Positions 1-9,299 of a stretch of 44,584 bases of DNA are shown piece by piece; positions within the stretch are counted from its first letter, which is position 1, and each line of letters starts with the position of its first letter. The notes below the pieces were generated by a model, which made no database searches, was not told the DNA's origin, and saw only the letters and a list, made by a program, of their open reading frames with translations. Both the position numbers and the translations under genes were made by a program. The stretch comes from a virus: the IMG/VR virus record IMGVR_UViG_3300002307_000022, positions 1 through 44,584 of that record; one strand, given 5' to 3'.

Positions 1-1
1 T

Positions 2-1924
2 CCAGCAGTAGGTGTTAGCAGCACACTCACACAAGGTGGTGCTGGTAGTGGCGGGTTAGGCGGCGGTAACAGCAAGCCCAATGGACAGAATAACGGACAA
101 GACGGTGGATTATACGGCGGTGGTGGAGGCGGTGCCGCTCAAGGGTTTACCGGTTTGCAATTTGCTGGTAGCGGAGCTGATGGCGGTATAAGAATTATTT
201 GGCCAGCAACAAAATTAACAGACGGATCTACTGTTAGAGCCTTTCCGAGCACATTAACAGCAGATCAATCAGGCACAGTAAGTGATACTTACGGTATCCT
301 AGCTTACGGTATATCAGTCTCATCATCTGCTATTACTAACCTAAACATCAACAATACTTGGACTATGCAGATGTGGGAGATTGATTTAATTAAGCAAGCA
401 AGTGTTATAACCAATATAGCACCAGCTAATCCTAGAGAGAGATACTATTACGCATTATTAGTAAAAGCAAAATATGGAACACGTATTCCTTTTGAATTGC
501 CTAGAGAATTAACAACTAATACTGTTGTTAGCAATATTAAAAACCTTAATCTACCAAGCAATCGATTTGTATCAACTAATCCTCTATTGTTAGACAATAA
601 ACTTTCAATAATTGATAGCCAATACTGGTATGATAAGATTAATCCTTTCGATGTTGTTGTTGGACAAATTAGTCCAAAAAATTCAGTTTCTTTTAATTCA
701 TTTTCAACATCAATAAATGGAAATAATGTATCAGTACTTACCACAGCAATAACATCAACTCTTCCAAAAATAAATGATTATCTATTATTAACTGACATAT
801 CAACAAACTGTCAAGCATTAGCACCAGTAGTTGCTGCTACTACAACGACTACTTATAGTGTCTCATTTAATGGTACCAGTCAATATCTAACTGTTCCATA
901 TAATAGTGCATGGAGCATTCCTGCTGGTGGTGCGTTTTCATTAGAAGTATGGATCTATACTACAAATTCCACTGCTGGATCAGCAATTATAGATTTGAAT
1001 TGGCCCTACGGTGGCAGTGGACCGACATGGGGATTATTTTTTAGTAACGCAGGTGCTGGTGCATATCCACAATTTGGTATCTCAGGTACTGGGCAGGGTG
1101 GCACATACAACATGTTTGCTAATACTAGTAGTAATTCGTATATCCCGTTAAGCCAATGGACACATATAGCAGTAACAAGAGATAGCACAGGAGCAATGAG
1201 ATCGTTCATTAACGGTAATATGAACAATTATTATTTTACTGCGTTAACTACAGGTTCTGGACAGGCACTTACAACAGCAAGTGGTTCAATATACATCGGT
1301 GCTTCAACAAACTTAGTGGCTCCATTCTTTAATGGATTTATGTCTAATATTAGGTTTATAAATGGGTCAGTACCTACTGGATATTCAACTACTGCTACTG
1401 TATTAGGTACACAAGTGTTTACTCCACCTGCAACTATAACAACTACAAGCCAAGGTGCTACAGCAGCCGATGTAAAATTATTAACATTACAAAATGCTAC
1501 GATCATTGATAACTCGAGTTTAAATAGTACTATTAGTAATCCAGTATTTTCTACTGTTTCTACTAATGCTCCAGGTCCTTTAAACTTAACAATTTTATCA
1601 TCATATGTTTCAAATCTAAATACGGCTAATACATGGGCCGTACAGTTATGGGATCCGGAAGTAATACCACAAAGTCTTGTAAGAACAGCAGCAGGCCCAG
1701 TTAATGCCCGCGAATTGTTATACTGGAGCAGCATATTACCAAACAAATACGGTACTATTTTTAATAATATTGGACCTATTAATAATCTTGTACAAGGAAT
1801 GTCCGAAAAAGTCAAGTACATAGATACCCAAGCTCCAGTATTAAAATTTACTACTGCTGCATTAGGAAAAGGTATATTTGACCCTACGTTTAAATCAACA
1901 CCTCCAATACAGTTCTGGAACTAG
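2..1924 (+). CDS. 5'-truncated virion structural/adhesin protein with Gly-rich domain and LamG (ConA-like lectin) domain
   Basis: The frame is open from base 2 (PAVGVSSTLTQGGAGSGGLGGG...GGGGGGAA...GADGGIRIIWP). LamG motifs: SVSFNGTSQYL, FSLEVWIY, WTHIAVTRD, FNGFMSNIRF. Thr/Ser/Asn-rich. Confidence 0.75.
   Translation, partial: PAVGVSSTLTQGGAGSGGLGGGNSKPNGQNNGQDGGLYGGGGGGAAQGFTGLQFAGSGADGGIRIIWPATKLTDGSTVRAFPSTLTADQSGTVSDTYGILAYGISVSSSAITNLNINNTWTMQMWEIDLIKQASVITNIAPANPRERYYYALLVKAKYGTRIPFELPRELTTNTVVSNIKNLNLPSNRFVSTNPLLLDNKLSIIDSQYWYDKINPFDVVVGQISPKNSVSFNSFSTSINGNNVSVLTTAITSTLPKINDYLLLTDISTNCQALAPVVAATTTTTYSVSFNGTSQYLTVPYNSAWSIPAGGAFSLEVWIYTTNSTAGSAIIDLNWPYGGSGPTWGLFFSNAGAGAYPQFGISGTGQGGTYNMFANTSSNSYIPLSQWTHIAVTRDSTGAMRSFINGNMNNYYFTALTTGSGQALTTASGSIYIGASTNLVAPFFNGFMSNIRFINGSVPTGYSTTATVLGTQVFTPPATITTTSQGATAADVKLLTLQNATIIDNSSLNSTISNPVFSTVSTNAPGPLNLTILSSYVSNLNTANTWAVQLWDPEVIPQSLVRTAAGPVNARELLYWSSILPNKYGTIFNNIGPINNLVQGMSEKVKYIDTQAPVLKFTTAALGKGIFDPTFKSTPPIQFWN
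320..1756 (+). repeat. Two copies of a ~55-aa protein module in the structural protein (~320-483 and ~1598-1756)
   Basis: SSAITNLNINNTWTMQMWEID...PANPRERYYY...KYGT versus SSYVSNLNTANTWAVQLWDPE...PVNARELLYW...KYGT. Confidence 0.75.
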
Positions 1925-1925
1925 A

Positions 1926-1932
1926 ATAAATA
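1926..1932 (+). promoter_or_regulatory. T4-late-like promoter box ATAAATA
   Basis: Intergenic; followed by SD AAGGAG and ATG at 1951. Confidence 0.55.
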
Positions 1933-1950
1933 TATTAAAGGAGACTTAGA

Positions 1951-2229
1951 ATGGCATTATACGAAGAATTGGACGCGATGTTCCCTTCACATACCCACTA
2001 CTATATAGTAGGTTTAACAGATATGAATGAAGCACTAGATAAATGTGCTAGATTATCTCATGGTATGGTGAATATAATTAATTATAATGGACAGATGATA
2101 TTGATATCACCGAACTCACTCGGAAGTCAGATTAGTTGGTTAACTGAAGTTATTGCACCAGTAGTTGAAGTGATCGAACCAGATCCTGTTGTTGAACCCG
2201 ACCCAGCTCCTACTAAAAAGGGCAAGTAA
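1951..2229 (+). CDS. hypothetical protein
   Basis: Strong SD; Pro/Glu-rich C-terminus. Confidence 0.7.
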   Translation: MALYEELDAMFPSHTHYYIVGLTDMNEALDKCARLSHGMVNIINYNGQMILISPNSLGSQISWLTEVIAPVVEVIEPDPVVEPDPAPTKKGK

Positions 2230-2463
2230 ATGGACGTTATACGACTCGATGTTCCTCTCTTTATAAGATTACTCGAGCTTGCTAGAGAGGAAATAAAAGA
2301 AGATGCTGACATCCACGATGTGACAGAAATCGTCACTAAGCTAAGTCAGCACGGAGTCGTAGGTATGGACAAATATAACGAGATCGTTAGATATATGACC
2401 AAGCAAGGTGACGATACAGAGCTTGCTAAGATTAGAAAGTTAAGTGGATTAGGAAATGACTGA
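2230..2463 (+). CDS. hypothetical phage protein
   Basis: Abuts the upstream stop codon; helical 77-aa ORF. Confidence 0.7.
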   Translation: MDVIRLDVPLFIRLLELAREEIKEDADIHDVTEIVTKLSQHGVVGMDKYNEIVRYMTKQGDDTELAKIRKLSGLGND

Positions 2464-2647
2464 TAACATATTAGACCCAGCAAAAGCACCTTCCGATTAT
2501 CCGATAACACCAAACAATTCCACTATGGATATCCGTAAGCAGCTTAGAGATCCACAGAGCGCAGGATCGAGAGGATTAGCAGACTTTGCAGAAAATAAAC
2601 TCAAAGATACTAATCCAATAAGGCGCTACACAGAAATTAAAAAATAA
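2456..2647 (+). CDS. hypothetical protein
   Basis: Overlapping start with AGGA SD. Confidence 0.55.
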   Translation: MTDNILDPAKAPSDYPITPNNSTMDIRKQLRDPQSAGSRGLADFAENKLKDTNPIRRYTEIKK

Positions 2648-2652
2648 AAAGC

Positions 2653-2681
2653 TTGAACTATTTTGTTTTTTCCTATATACT
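2653..2681 (+). promoter_or_regulatory. sigma70-type early promoter of the replication operon
   Basis: TTGAAC-N17-TATACT upstream of SD AAGGAG and ATG 2702. Confidence 0.65.
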
Positions 2682-2701
2682 ATTAAAATAAGGAGAAATA
2701 C

Positions 2702-2959
2702 ATGAGCAGAATTTATGGTCCCGAAGAAAAGGCCAAACTTATCAGTGTGATCGATCAAGGATCACAAGTATTGCAAGAAGTAGACGATCTCAAGGGAGGG
2801 CTACGTGATACTATCAAGGCTATCGCTGAAGAGCTCGACATCAAGCCCGGCTTGCTCACTAAAGCAGTAAACATCGCACACAAGCGTAACTGGTCCAAGG
2901 CTAGTGAAGAATATGATGAGCTCGAAACTATCCTAGTTACTACAGGTCGAGACGTTTGA
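2702..2959 (+). CDS. T4 DsbA/GapR-like double-stranded DNA-binding protein
   Basis: 85-aa helical protein; pattern DLKGGLRDTIKAIAEELDIKPGLLTKAVNIAHK resembles DsbA/GapR. Confidence 0.55.
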   Translation: MSRIYGPEEKAKLISVIDQGSQVLQEVDDLKGGLRDTIKAIAEELDIKPGLLTKAVNIAHKRNWSKASEEYDELETILVTTGRDV

Positions 2960-3240
2960 TACAAAAAATTAAAAACTTTTGGATTAACAGCTACACTTCA
3001 GATAAGACAGCATTTTACGTAGAAATGTTTAGTGCTGTACTTACTGTTTCTGGATCTCTAACGCTAGCATTACACGCAAGGCATCCAGATATGACAGTAG
3101 TCTATCCTATGTTCTTCTTAGGTAGTATCAGTCAAGTTGTAGCAGCTTATCGCAGAGGTGCAGCTTGGGTAATGGTGTTGACATTTTACTTTAGCTGTGC
3201 TAATATATTTGGATTCTGTGTTGCGAAGGGATGGATATGA
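2956..3240 (+). CDS. small membrane protein (about 3 TM helices)
   Basis: Hydrophobic segments; TTG start overlaps the upstream TGA. Confidence 0.7.
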   Translation: MIQKIKNFWINSYTSDKTAFYVEMFSAVLTVSGSLTLALHARHPDMTVVYPMFFLGSISQVVAAYRRGAAWVMVLTFYFSCANIFGFCVAKGWI

Positions 3241-5906
3241 GTTATGTAGATGCATTATACGATCGAGATAACGATCTAGTTAAAGTAGTTGAACGTAAAG
3301 ATGGTAAGAGGCAGTTTAGAGAATATCCTGCGAAGTATGTGATTTATTATCCGGATCCTAAGGGGAAGCACGATAGTGTCTATGGGGAGAAACTTAGCAA
3401 GATTGTTGCTAGGAATCAAAAAGATTTCCACAAAGAACTCAAGATCCATAGCGGTAAAAGGCTTTATGAAAGCGATATTAATCCAGCATTCCGCTGTTTA
3501 GAAGAGAATTATCTCAATCTTGATGCTCCCAAACTAAACATAGCGTTCTTCGATATTGAAACAGACTTTGATCCCGAAAGAGGATTTGCTGATCCCAGCG
3601 ATCCTTTTATGGGAATCACTGCTATCTCTATACATCTCAAATGGCTAAATCGTCTAGTAACGCTAGCTGTACCTCCAAAAAAGGTTAAGATCGACGATGC
3701 CAAGAAGCTCTGTGAGGAATTTACTGACTGTTTTCTCTTCGAAGACGAAGCAGATATGCTGGAAACTTTCCTAGATCTGATCGAAGATGCTGATATATTA
3801 ACAGGCTGGAATAGTGAAGGATATGATATCCCCTATACTGTTAATCGCGTAGCAAGAGTACTAAGCAAAGACGATACAAGACGTTTCTGTTTATGGAATC
3901 AATATCCTAAGAAACGCGAGTTCGAGAAATACGGTCGCCAACTTATTACGTACGACCTAGTTGGTAGAGTGCATCTCGATAGTCTTGAACTATATCGCAA
4001 GTATACTTACGAAGAACGGCACACTTATCGACTTGATGCTATCGGTGAAATGGAGATTGGTGAGAAGAAAACTGTCTATGAGGGTACGTTAGATAGCTTA
4101 TATAACAATGACTTCCGCAAGTTTATCGAATATAACAGACAAGATACAGCACTATTAAATAAACTAGACGATAAGTTGAAGTTTATTGATCTTAGTAACG
4201 AGCTTGCACACGCAAATACAGTTCTGCTACAGACTACTATGGGTGCTGTTGCTGTTACTGAACAAGCTATCATTAATGAAGCACATCGTAGAGGATTAGT
4301 TGTTCCTAATCGTCCAAAACGTGATGAAAGCGAAAGCACTCAAGCAGCCGGAGCGTATGTTGCGTATCCAAAGAAAGGTCTTCATGATTGGATCGGGTCT
4401 ATGGATTTGAACAGTCTCTATCCAAGTGCGATTAGAGCACTTAACATGGCTCCTGAATCTATTATCGGGCAAGTAAGACCAAATTATACTGACGCTTATA
4501 TCGAAGAACAGATGACTGTACATAAGAAAAGCTTTGCTGCTGCTTGGGAAGGTATGTTTGGTTCTCTCGAATACGAATACGTTATGACCCAGGATAAAGC
4601 AAAAGATCTCCATGTTGATTGGGAAAACGGTGAAAGTGTCGTAATGAGCGGCGCTGAAATCTATAAAATGATCTACGATAGCAATCAACCCTGGATGCTA
4701 AGTGCCAATGGTACTATCTTTACTTACGAGTTTGAAGGAGTTATACCTGGATTGCTCAAGAGATGGTATGCAGAACGTAAGGAATTACAGGCTAAATTGA
4801 AGATAGCTAAGGATGCAGGCAACTATATAGAGGAAGAGTTCTGGGATAAGCGCCAGTTAGTCAAAAAGATTAACCTTAATAGCTTGTACGGAGCAATCCT
4901 TAATCCTGGTTGCCGCTTCTTTGATAAGAGAATCGGACAGAGTACTACGCTAACCGGTCGTTCTATCGCTAGACATATGGCAGGTAAGACAAACGAGATC
5001 ATAACTGGTAATTTTGATCATATCGGTAAAAGTATTATCTATGGAGATACAGACTCTGTTTATTTCAGTGCCTATAATGTGCTAAAGAAGGACATTGAAA
5101 AAGGACTGATTCCGTGGAGCAAAGACAGTGTAATCCAGCTATATGACCAGATCGCCGATGAAGTAAATGCTACATTCCCTAAGTTTATGTTAGATGCGTT
5201 CCATTGCCCCAAGAGTAGAGGTGATGTTATCAAGGCGGGACGTGAAATCGTAGCTATCAAGGGCTTGTTTATCACTAAAAAGCGATATGCAGTGCTATAT
5301 TATGATAAAGACTCCAAGAGATATGACACAGAAGGCAAGCCAGGTAAGATCAAAGCCATGGGGCTAGACCTAAAACGCTCAGATACTCCTGAATTCATCC
5401 AAAACTTCCTTAGTACTATCCTAGAAAAGGTGCTTAACGGTCACGGAGAAGCAGAAGTGCTGGAAATGATAACTGATTTCCGTACTGAGTTCAAGAATAG
5501 ACCTGGCTGGGAGAAAGGATCTCCCAAGAGAGCCAACAATATCACCGAATATATGCGTAAAGAGGACAAGGCAGGCAAGGCTAATATGCCTGGGCACGTC
5601 AGAGCATCTATTAATTGGAATACACTCAAGCGTATGTATAATGACAACTATGCTATTAACATTAGTGATGGTGCTAAAGTTATCGTATGTAAGCTAAAGA
5701 ACAATCCCATAGGCTTTACTAGTGTAGCATATCCAGTCGATGAGCTGAGATTACCACAGTGGTTCAAGGATTTACCGTTTGACGATGCTGAAATGGAAGC
5801 CACTATCATTGATGCCAAGCTAGACAATCTAATAGGTGTTCTAGATTGGGACATTATTAGCACCGAACAGACAAACACATTTAACAAACTATTCAGCTTT
5901 GAATGA
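3237..5906 (+). CDS. polB: family B DNA polymerase (T4 gp43-like)
   Basis: Exo motifs FDIET, GWNSEGYD, YNRQD; polymerase motifs DLNSLYPS, KKINLNSLYG, YGDTDS; hydrophobic clamp-binding-like C-terminus. Start at 3237 (ATGA overlap) preferred over 3231. Confidence 0.97.
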   Translation: MSYVDALYDRDNDLVKVVERKDGKRQFREYPAKYVIYYPDPKGKHDSVYGEKLSKIVARNQKDFHKELKIHSGKRLYESDINPAFRCLEENYLNLDAPKLNIAFFDIETDFDPERGFADPSDPFMGITAISIHLKWLNRLVTLAVPPKKVKIDDAKKLCEEFTDCFLFEDEADMLETFLDLIEDADILTGWNSEGYDIPYTVNRVARVLSKDDTRRFCLWNQYPKKREFEKYGRQLITYDLVGRVHLDSLELYRKYTYEERHTYRLDAIGEMEIGEKKTVYEGTLDSLYNNDFRKFIEYNRQDTALLNKLDDKLKFIDLSNELAHANTVLLQTTMGAVAVTEQAIINEAHRRGLVVPNRPKRDESESTQAAGAYVAYPKKGLHDWIGSMDLNSLYPSAIRALNMAPESIIGQVRPNYTDAYIEEQMTVHKKSFAAAWEGMFGSLEYEYVMTQDKAKDLHVDWENGESVVMSGAEIYKMIYDSNQPWMLSANGTIFTYEFEGVIPGLLKRWYAERKELQAKLKIAKDAGNYIEEEFWDKRQLVKKINLNSLYGAILNPGCRFFDKRIGQSTTLTGRSIARHMAGKTNEIITGNFDHIGKSIIYGDTDSVYFSAYNVLKKDIEKGLIPWSKDSVIQLYDQIADEVNATFPKFMLDAFHCPKSRGDVIKAGREIVAIKGLFITKKRYAVLYYDKDSKRYDTEGKPGKIKAMGLDLKRSDTPEFIQNFLSTILEKVLNGHGEAEVLEMITDFRTEFKNRPGWEKGSPKRANNITEYMRKEDKAGKANMPGHVRASINWNTLKRMYNDNYAINISDGAKVIVCKLKNNPIGFTSVAYPVDELRLPQWFKDLPFDDAEMEATIIDAKLDNLIGVLDWDIISTEQTNTFNKLFSFE

Positions 5907-6661
5907 AAATACTATTAACAGGACACAAAGGGTTCATAGGATCGCATCTAATCGAAAGATTGGATAATCTTGGACATAGTATTATAGGTATCGATATAGC
6001 CGATGGTAATGATATGTTAACTTGTCAGCTAGAGTTTGAGGTAGATGTAGTAATACATCTAGCAGGCAAGAGTGGAGTTAGGGATAGTTTCAATAATCCA
6101 AGTGAATATTGGATTAATAACGTAGAAGCTACCCGACGGTTGTTTGATTTATATCCTAATACTAGGATATTATACGCTAGCAGTAGTACTGTATATGAAC
6201 CTAATCTAAATCCTTATGCTAATTCTAAAAGAGTGATAGAAGAAATAGCACCAAAAAAGAGTCTAGGGCTTAGATTCCATACTGTTTATAGTGATATTCC
6301 GAGACAAGGAATGTTTATGGACAAACTATTAAATGGTACATTAGAATATGTAACCGATCACACTAGAGATTTTATACACTTAGAAGATGTGTGCGATGCT
6401 ATCATTAAATTGTTAGATTACAATATTAGTGGTGTAGTGGATATAGGTACCGGTGAAAATATACTTATAAAAGAACTAGCTCCAGAGGGATTACCTGTAA
6501 AATACGATACTCCCGGAGAAAGAAAGGATACAAAAGCCTATACAAAAGTTTTAGAGAGCATAGGCTTCAAACCTAAATATTCGATAAGAAAATTCTTGTA
6601 TAACAAACAAATATCAAGTATAATAAAAACACATGGAGAAAATTATGAAAGACATTCTTAA
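5903..6661 (+). CDS. NAD-dependent NDP-sugar epimerase/dehydratase (extended SDR)
   Basis: TGHKGFIG Rossmann motif, HLAG, ASSSTVY, catalytic YANSK, RDFIHLEDV. Confidence 0.9.
   Translation: MKILLTGHKGFIGSHLIERLDNLGHSIIGIDIADGNDMLTCQLEFEVDVVIHLAGKSGVRDSFNNPSEYWINNVEATRRLFDLYPNTRILYASSSTVYEPNLNPYANSKRVIEEIAPKKSLGLRFHTVYSDIPRQGMFMDKLLNGTLEYVTDHTRDFIHLEDVCDAIIKLLDYNISGVVDIGTGENILIKELAPEGLPVKYDTPGERKDTKAYTKVLESIGFKPKYSIRKFLYNKQISSIIKTHGENYERHS
6596..6624 (+). promoter_or_regulatory. sigma70-type promoter for the clamp gene, inside the epimerase 3' end
   Basis: TTGTAT-N17-TATAAT, then SD GGAG and ATG 6645. Confidence 0.5.
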
Positions 6662-7376
6662 AGACTTAGTAGCACATACACATTCATTGGGATTTATCGA
6701 CTTAATCCGCATTACGGGCGACGATGCTAGTACAGCAATCGATGCTATGGAAGAAAATCGAGCAGTTATTATCAACGCAAAGACCAAGAATCCCTATCCC
6801 GAGTTTAAGGGTACATTTGGTATGCCAAATCTCAATAAGCTAGACTTACATCTCAAGAATCCCGAATATAAGGAAGGTGAAGAGATCAAAGTAGTCTGGG
6901 AAATACGAAATAATGAAAATCGTCCAGTCGCCATTCACTTTGAAAACGCAGCAGGCGATTTCAAAAACGATTACAGGCTTATGGGACAGGAACTAATCAA
7001 CGAAAAACTAAAGAAGGCTATGTTTAATGGCTCAACTTGGCAAGTTGAAGTACAGCCAAGTGTTTCTAGTATTAATAGGCTCAAGTTACAAGCAGCAGCA
7101 CACAACGAAGAGAATAAGTTCCTAGTTTCAACTAGTGGAGACCAGTTAAACATCTCATTTGGTGATGCTAGCACACACGAAGGCAGTTTTGTTTTCCAAT
7201 CAGGTATCACAGGCAAGCTAAAGCAGTCGTGGAGCTTTCCAGTCACACACTTTATCAGCATCTTAAACCTTAGTGGTGATAAGACTATTAAGTTTGGCGA
7301 CAATGGTATTGCACTAATCCATGTTGACAGCGGATTAACTGAATATGATTATCTTATTCCAGCAATGACAAAATAA
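6645..7376 (+). CDS. DNA polymerase sliding clamp (gp45/PCNA-like)
   Basis: ~243 aa two-domain alpha/beta pattern ending YDYLIPA; next to the polymerase; SD GGAG favours start 6645. Confidence 0.7.
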   Translation: MKDILKDLVAHTHSLGFIDLIRITGDDASTAIDAMEENRAVIINAKTKNPYPEFKGTFGMPNLNKLDLHLKNPEYKEGEEIKVVWEIRNNENRPVAIHFENAAGDFKNDYRLMGQELINEKLKKAMFNGSTWQVEVQPSVSSINRLKLQAAAHNEENKFLVSTSGDQLNISFGDASTHEGSFVFQSGITGKLKQSWSFPVTHFISILNLSGDKTIKFGDNGIALIHVDSGLTEYDYLIPAMTK

Positions 7377-7549
7377 TGGAAACACATTTACGTACTGTTG
7401 TTAGGACAATATGCTATAGAATTGCAGCTCTACTGATCACTTCTGTATGGACAGGATTAGGAGAAGCAGTTGCTATACATTTTGTTTTAGCAATAGTACA
7501 ATATGTTATGGAACGTATATGGTTAAAAATTAATTGGGGTAAAATATGA
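7376..7549 (+). CDS. DUF2061-like small membrane protein (57 aa, absent from the ORF track)
   Basis: METHLRTVVRTICYRIAALLITSVWTG...YVMERIWLKINWGKI; TAATG and ATGA couplings at both ends. Confidence 0.75.
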   Translation: METHLRTVVRTICYRIAALLITSVWTGLGEAVAIHFVLAIVQYVMERIWLKINWGKI

Positions 7550-9081
7550 ATAAGAATCTCACTGCAACACAAAACGACTATGCTGTATTCCTGCCTGCAG
7601 TGAGTAGTTTTTATAGCACATTTATTGGCAAGCAACGATACGGGAACTATGTAGATCCTGCTCGTTTGCCTGCACAATTTACACAAGGTGTTGAAGGATT
7701 AAACTTTTTTGATCCAGAAAAAGGCTATTTCTATTATAAGTGGGGGCTGTATTCAGCAGGACACGCTGAGATTGATATTAACAAGATATCAGAAAAAGAA
7801 GATATGTTCCGCAAACGTCCGCGAGACGGTACGAGTCTCGTAGTTGGTGATAGTGGAGGATTCCAGATCGGTAAGGGCGTGTGGGAAGGTGATTGGAAAG
7901 ATCCTAATTGCCCAAAAGCTATGAAAAAGCGTAGCCAGGTGTTGTCTTGGATGGATAATATGATGGATTATGGAATGACCCTCGATATTCCTGCATGGGT
8001 GGCCCGCAGTCCTGCAGGAATGAAGGCGACGGGCATCTCCTCATATAACGAAGCAGTTGATGCTACCTTTATTAATAACGACTATTTTATTAACAATCGT
8101 AACGGTAATTGTAAATTCTTAAACGTGTTACAGGGAGAAAATCATACAGAAGCCGACGATTGGTATCAGCATATGAAGAAATATTGCGATCCTAAGCAAT
8201 ACACTAACCATTTTAATGGTTGGTCTATGGGTGGTCAGAATATGTGTGATGTACACCTAACACTGAAGATGTTAGTCAATATGCGGTTTGACGGGCTGCT
8301 GGAAAGTGGTAAGCAAGATTGGATGCATTTTCTAGGTACGAGCAAACTAGAATGGGCTTGCTTGCTAACAGACATACAACGTGCTGTTCGAAAGCATCAT
8401 AACCCAACATTTACTGTAAGCTTCGATTGTGCTAGTCCTTTCCTAGCAACTGCAAACGGCCAATTGTATATTACTAACGAGATAGAACATTTTAAGAAAT
8501 GGACCTATCGAATGGTTCCTAGTGTTGATAATAGAAAATACGCATTAGATACCCGTAAATTTAGTGATGTTGTAATAAATGACAAGATCTTTAAAACGTT
8601 TATAGAATCACCAATCAGTGATCTCTGTTTAGTCAAGGATGTCTGTATATATAAGCCCGGCGACACGAACAAGAATGGAAAAATTGGTAAAACCAGTTGG
8701 GATAGTTTTAGTTATGCTATACAGATGGGACATAATGTATGGATGCACATTAATGCAGTACAAGAAGCAAATAGACAATATGATCAGAGTATAGTACCAA
8801 ATATGTTACACTTTGAATCGTATGATAGAGAATATTTCCGTGATGTAGTAGATCGTATATTTGCTACTGACGATAGGGATAAGGCTTTAGCATTAGTTGA
8901 AAACTTTAATAGGTTTTGGTTAAAGATTATCGGAACACGCGGTGCTACTGGTAAAAAGACAATCAACAGTTCAACTTATGTGAATAAGAATTTTGTGTTT
9001 GAAGATGTGGCAGAACATAAACGAGACGATAGTGACCTAGATGAATCACTATTAGACAAACTAGAGGAGTCGATTGAATGA
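7546..9081 (+). CDS. dpdA: TGT-fold DNA-guanine transglycosylase (DpdA-like, 7-deazaguanine insertion)
   Basis: TGT motifs GDSGGFQ, MTLDIP, VLQG, SMGG, HFLG, SFDCASP, GHN; no CxCxxC zinc site; clustered with folE and queE. Confidence 0.8.
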   Translation: MNKNLTATQNDYAVFLPAVSSFYSTFIGKQRYGNYVDPARLPAQFTQGVEGLNFFDPEKGYFYYKWGLYSAGHAEIDINKISEKEDMFRKRPRDGTSLVVGDSGGFQIGKGVWEGDWKDPNCPKAMKKRSQVLSWMDNMMDYGMTLDIPAWVARSPAGMKATGISSYNEAVDATFINNDYFINNRNGNCKFLNVLQGENHTEADDWYQHMKKYCDPKQYTNHFNGWSMGGQNMCDVHLTLKMLVNMRFDGLLESGKQDWMHFLGTSKLEWACLLTDIQRAVRKHHNPTFTVSFDCASPFLATANGQLYITNEIEHFKKWTYRMVPSVDNRKYALDTRKFSDVVINDKIFKTFIESPISDLCLVKDVCIYKPGDTNKNGKIGKTSWDSFSYAIQMGHNVWMHINAVQEANRQYDQSIVPNMLHFESYDREYFRDVVDRIFATDDRDKALALVENFNRFWLKIIGTRGATGKKTINSSTYVNKNFVFEDVAEHKRDDSDLDESLLDKLEESIE

Positions 9082-9299
9082 GTACGCCAGAAAAGATAAA
9101 AGGGCATTACGAAAGTTTGAAATCCAAGCACGATCTGCTTGACAAACAAATAGAAGAAGCATATAATCATCATGAAGACGATTTAAAAATACAGCAGATG
9201 AAGAGTCAAAAACTTCATCTCAAAGAACAAATGTTTGAATTTGAAAAGAAGTTAGGAACAACAAATGGAAAGACCATACTCCACGGGAACAAAGGATAA
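9078..9299 (+). CDS. DUF465/YdcH-like coiled-coil protein
   Basis: LKSKHDLLDKQIEE...MKSQKLHLKEQM pattern. Confidence 0.75.
   Translation: MSTPEKIKGHYESLKSKHDLLDKQIEEAYNHHEDDLKIQQMKSQKLHLKEQMFEFEKKLGTTNGKTILHGNKG
9139..9167 (+). promoter_or_regulatory. perfect sigma70 consensus promoter embedded in a CDS
   Basis: TTGACA-N17-TATAAT, about 100 nt upstream of the 9265 gene. Confidence 0.65.

Noticed and set aside
3237-5906. Intein or intron in the DNA polymerase
   Set aside because: Length (~890 aa) and motif spacing are normal; no splicing or homing endonuclease motifs.
7546-9081. Canonical tRNA-guanine transglycosylase (tgt) for queuosine
   Set aside because: It lacks the CxCxxC zinc site and is much longer and more divergent. 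No queC, queF or queA is present in the window, and the replication-operon context favours DNA modification.
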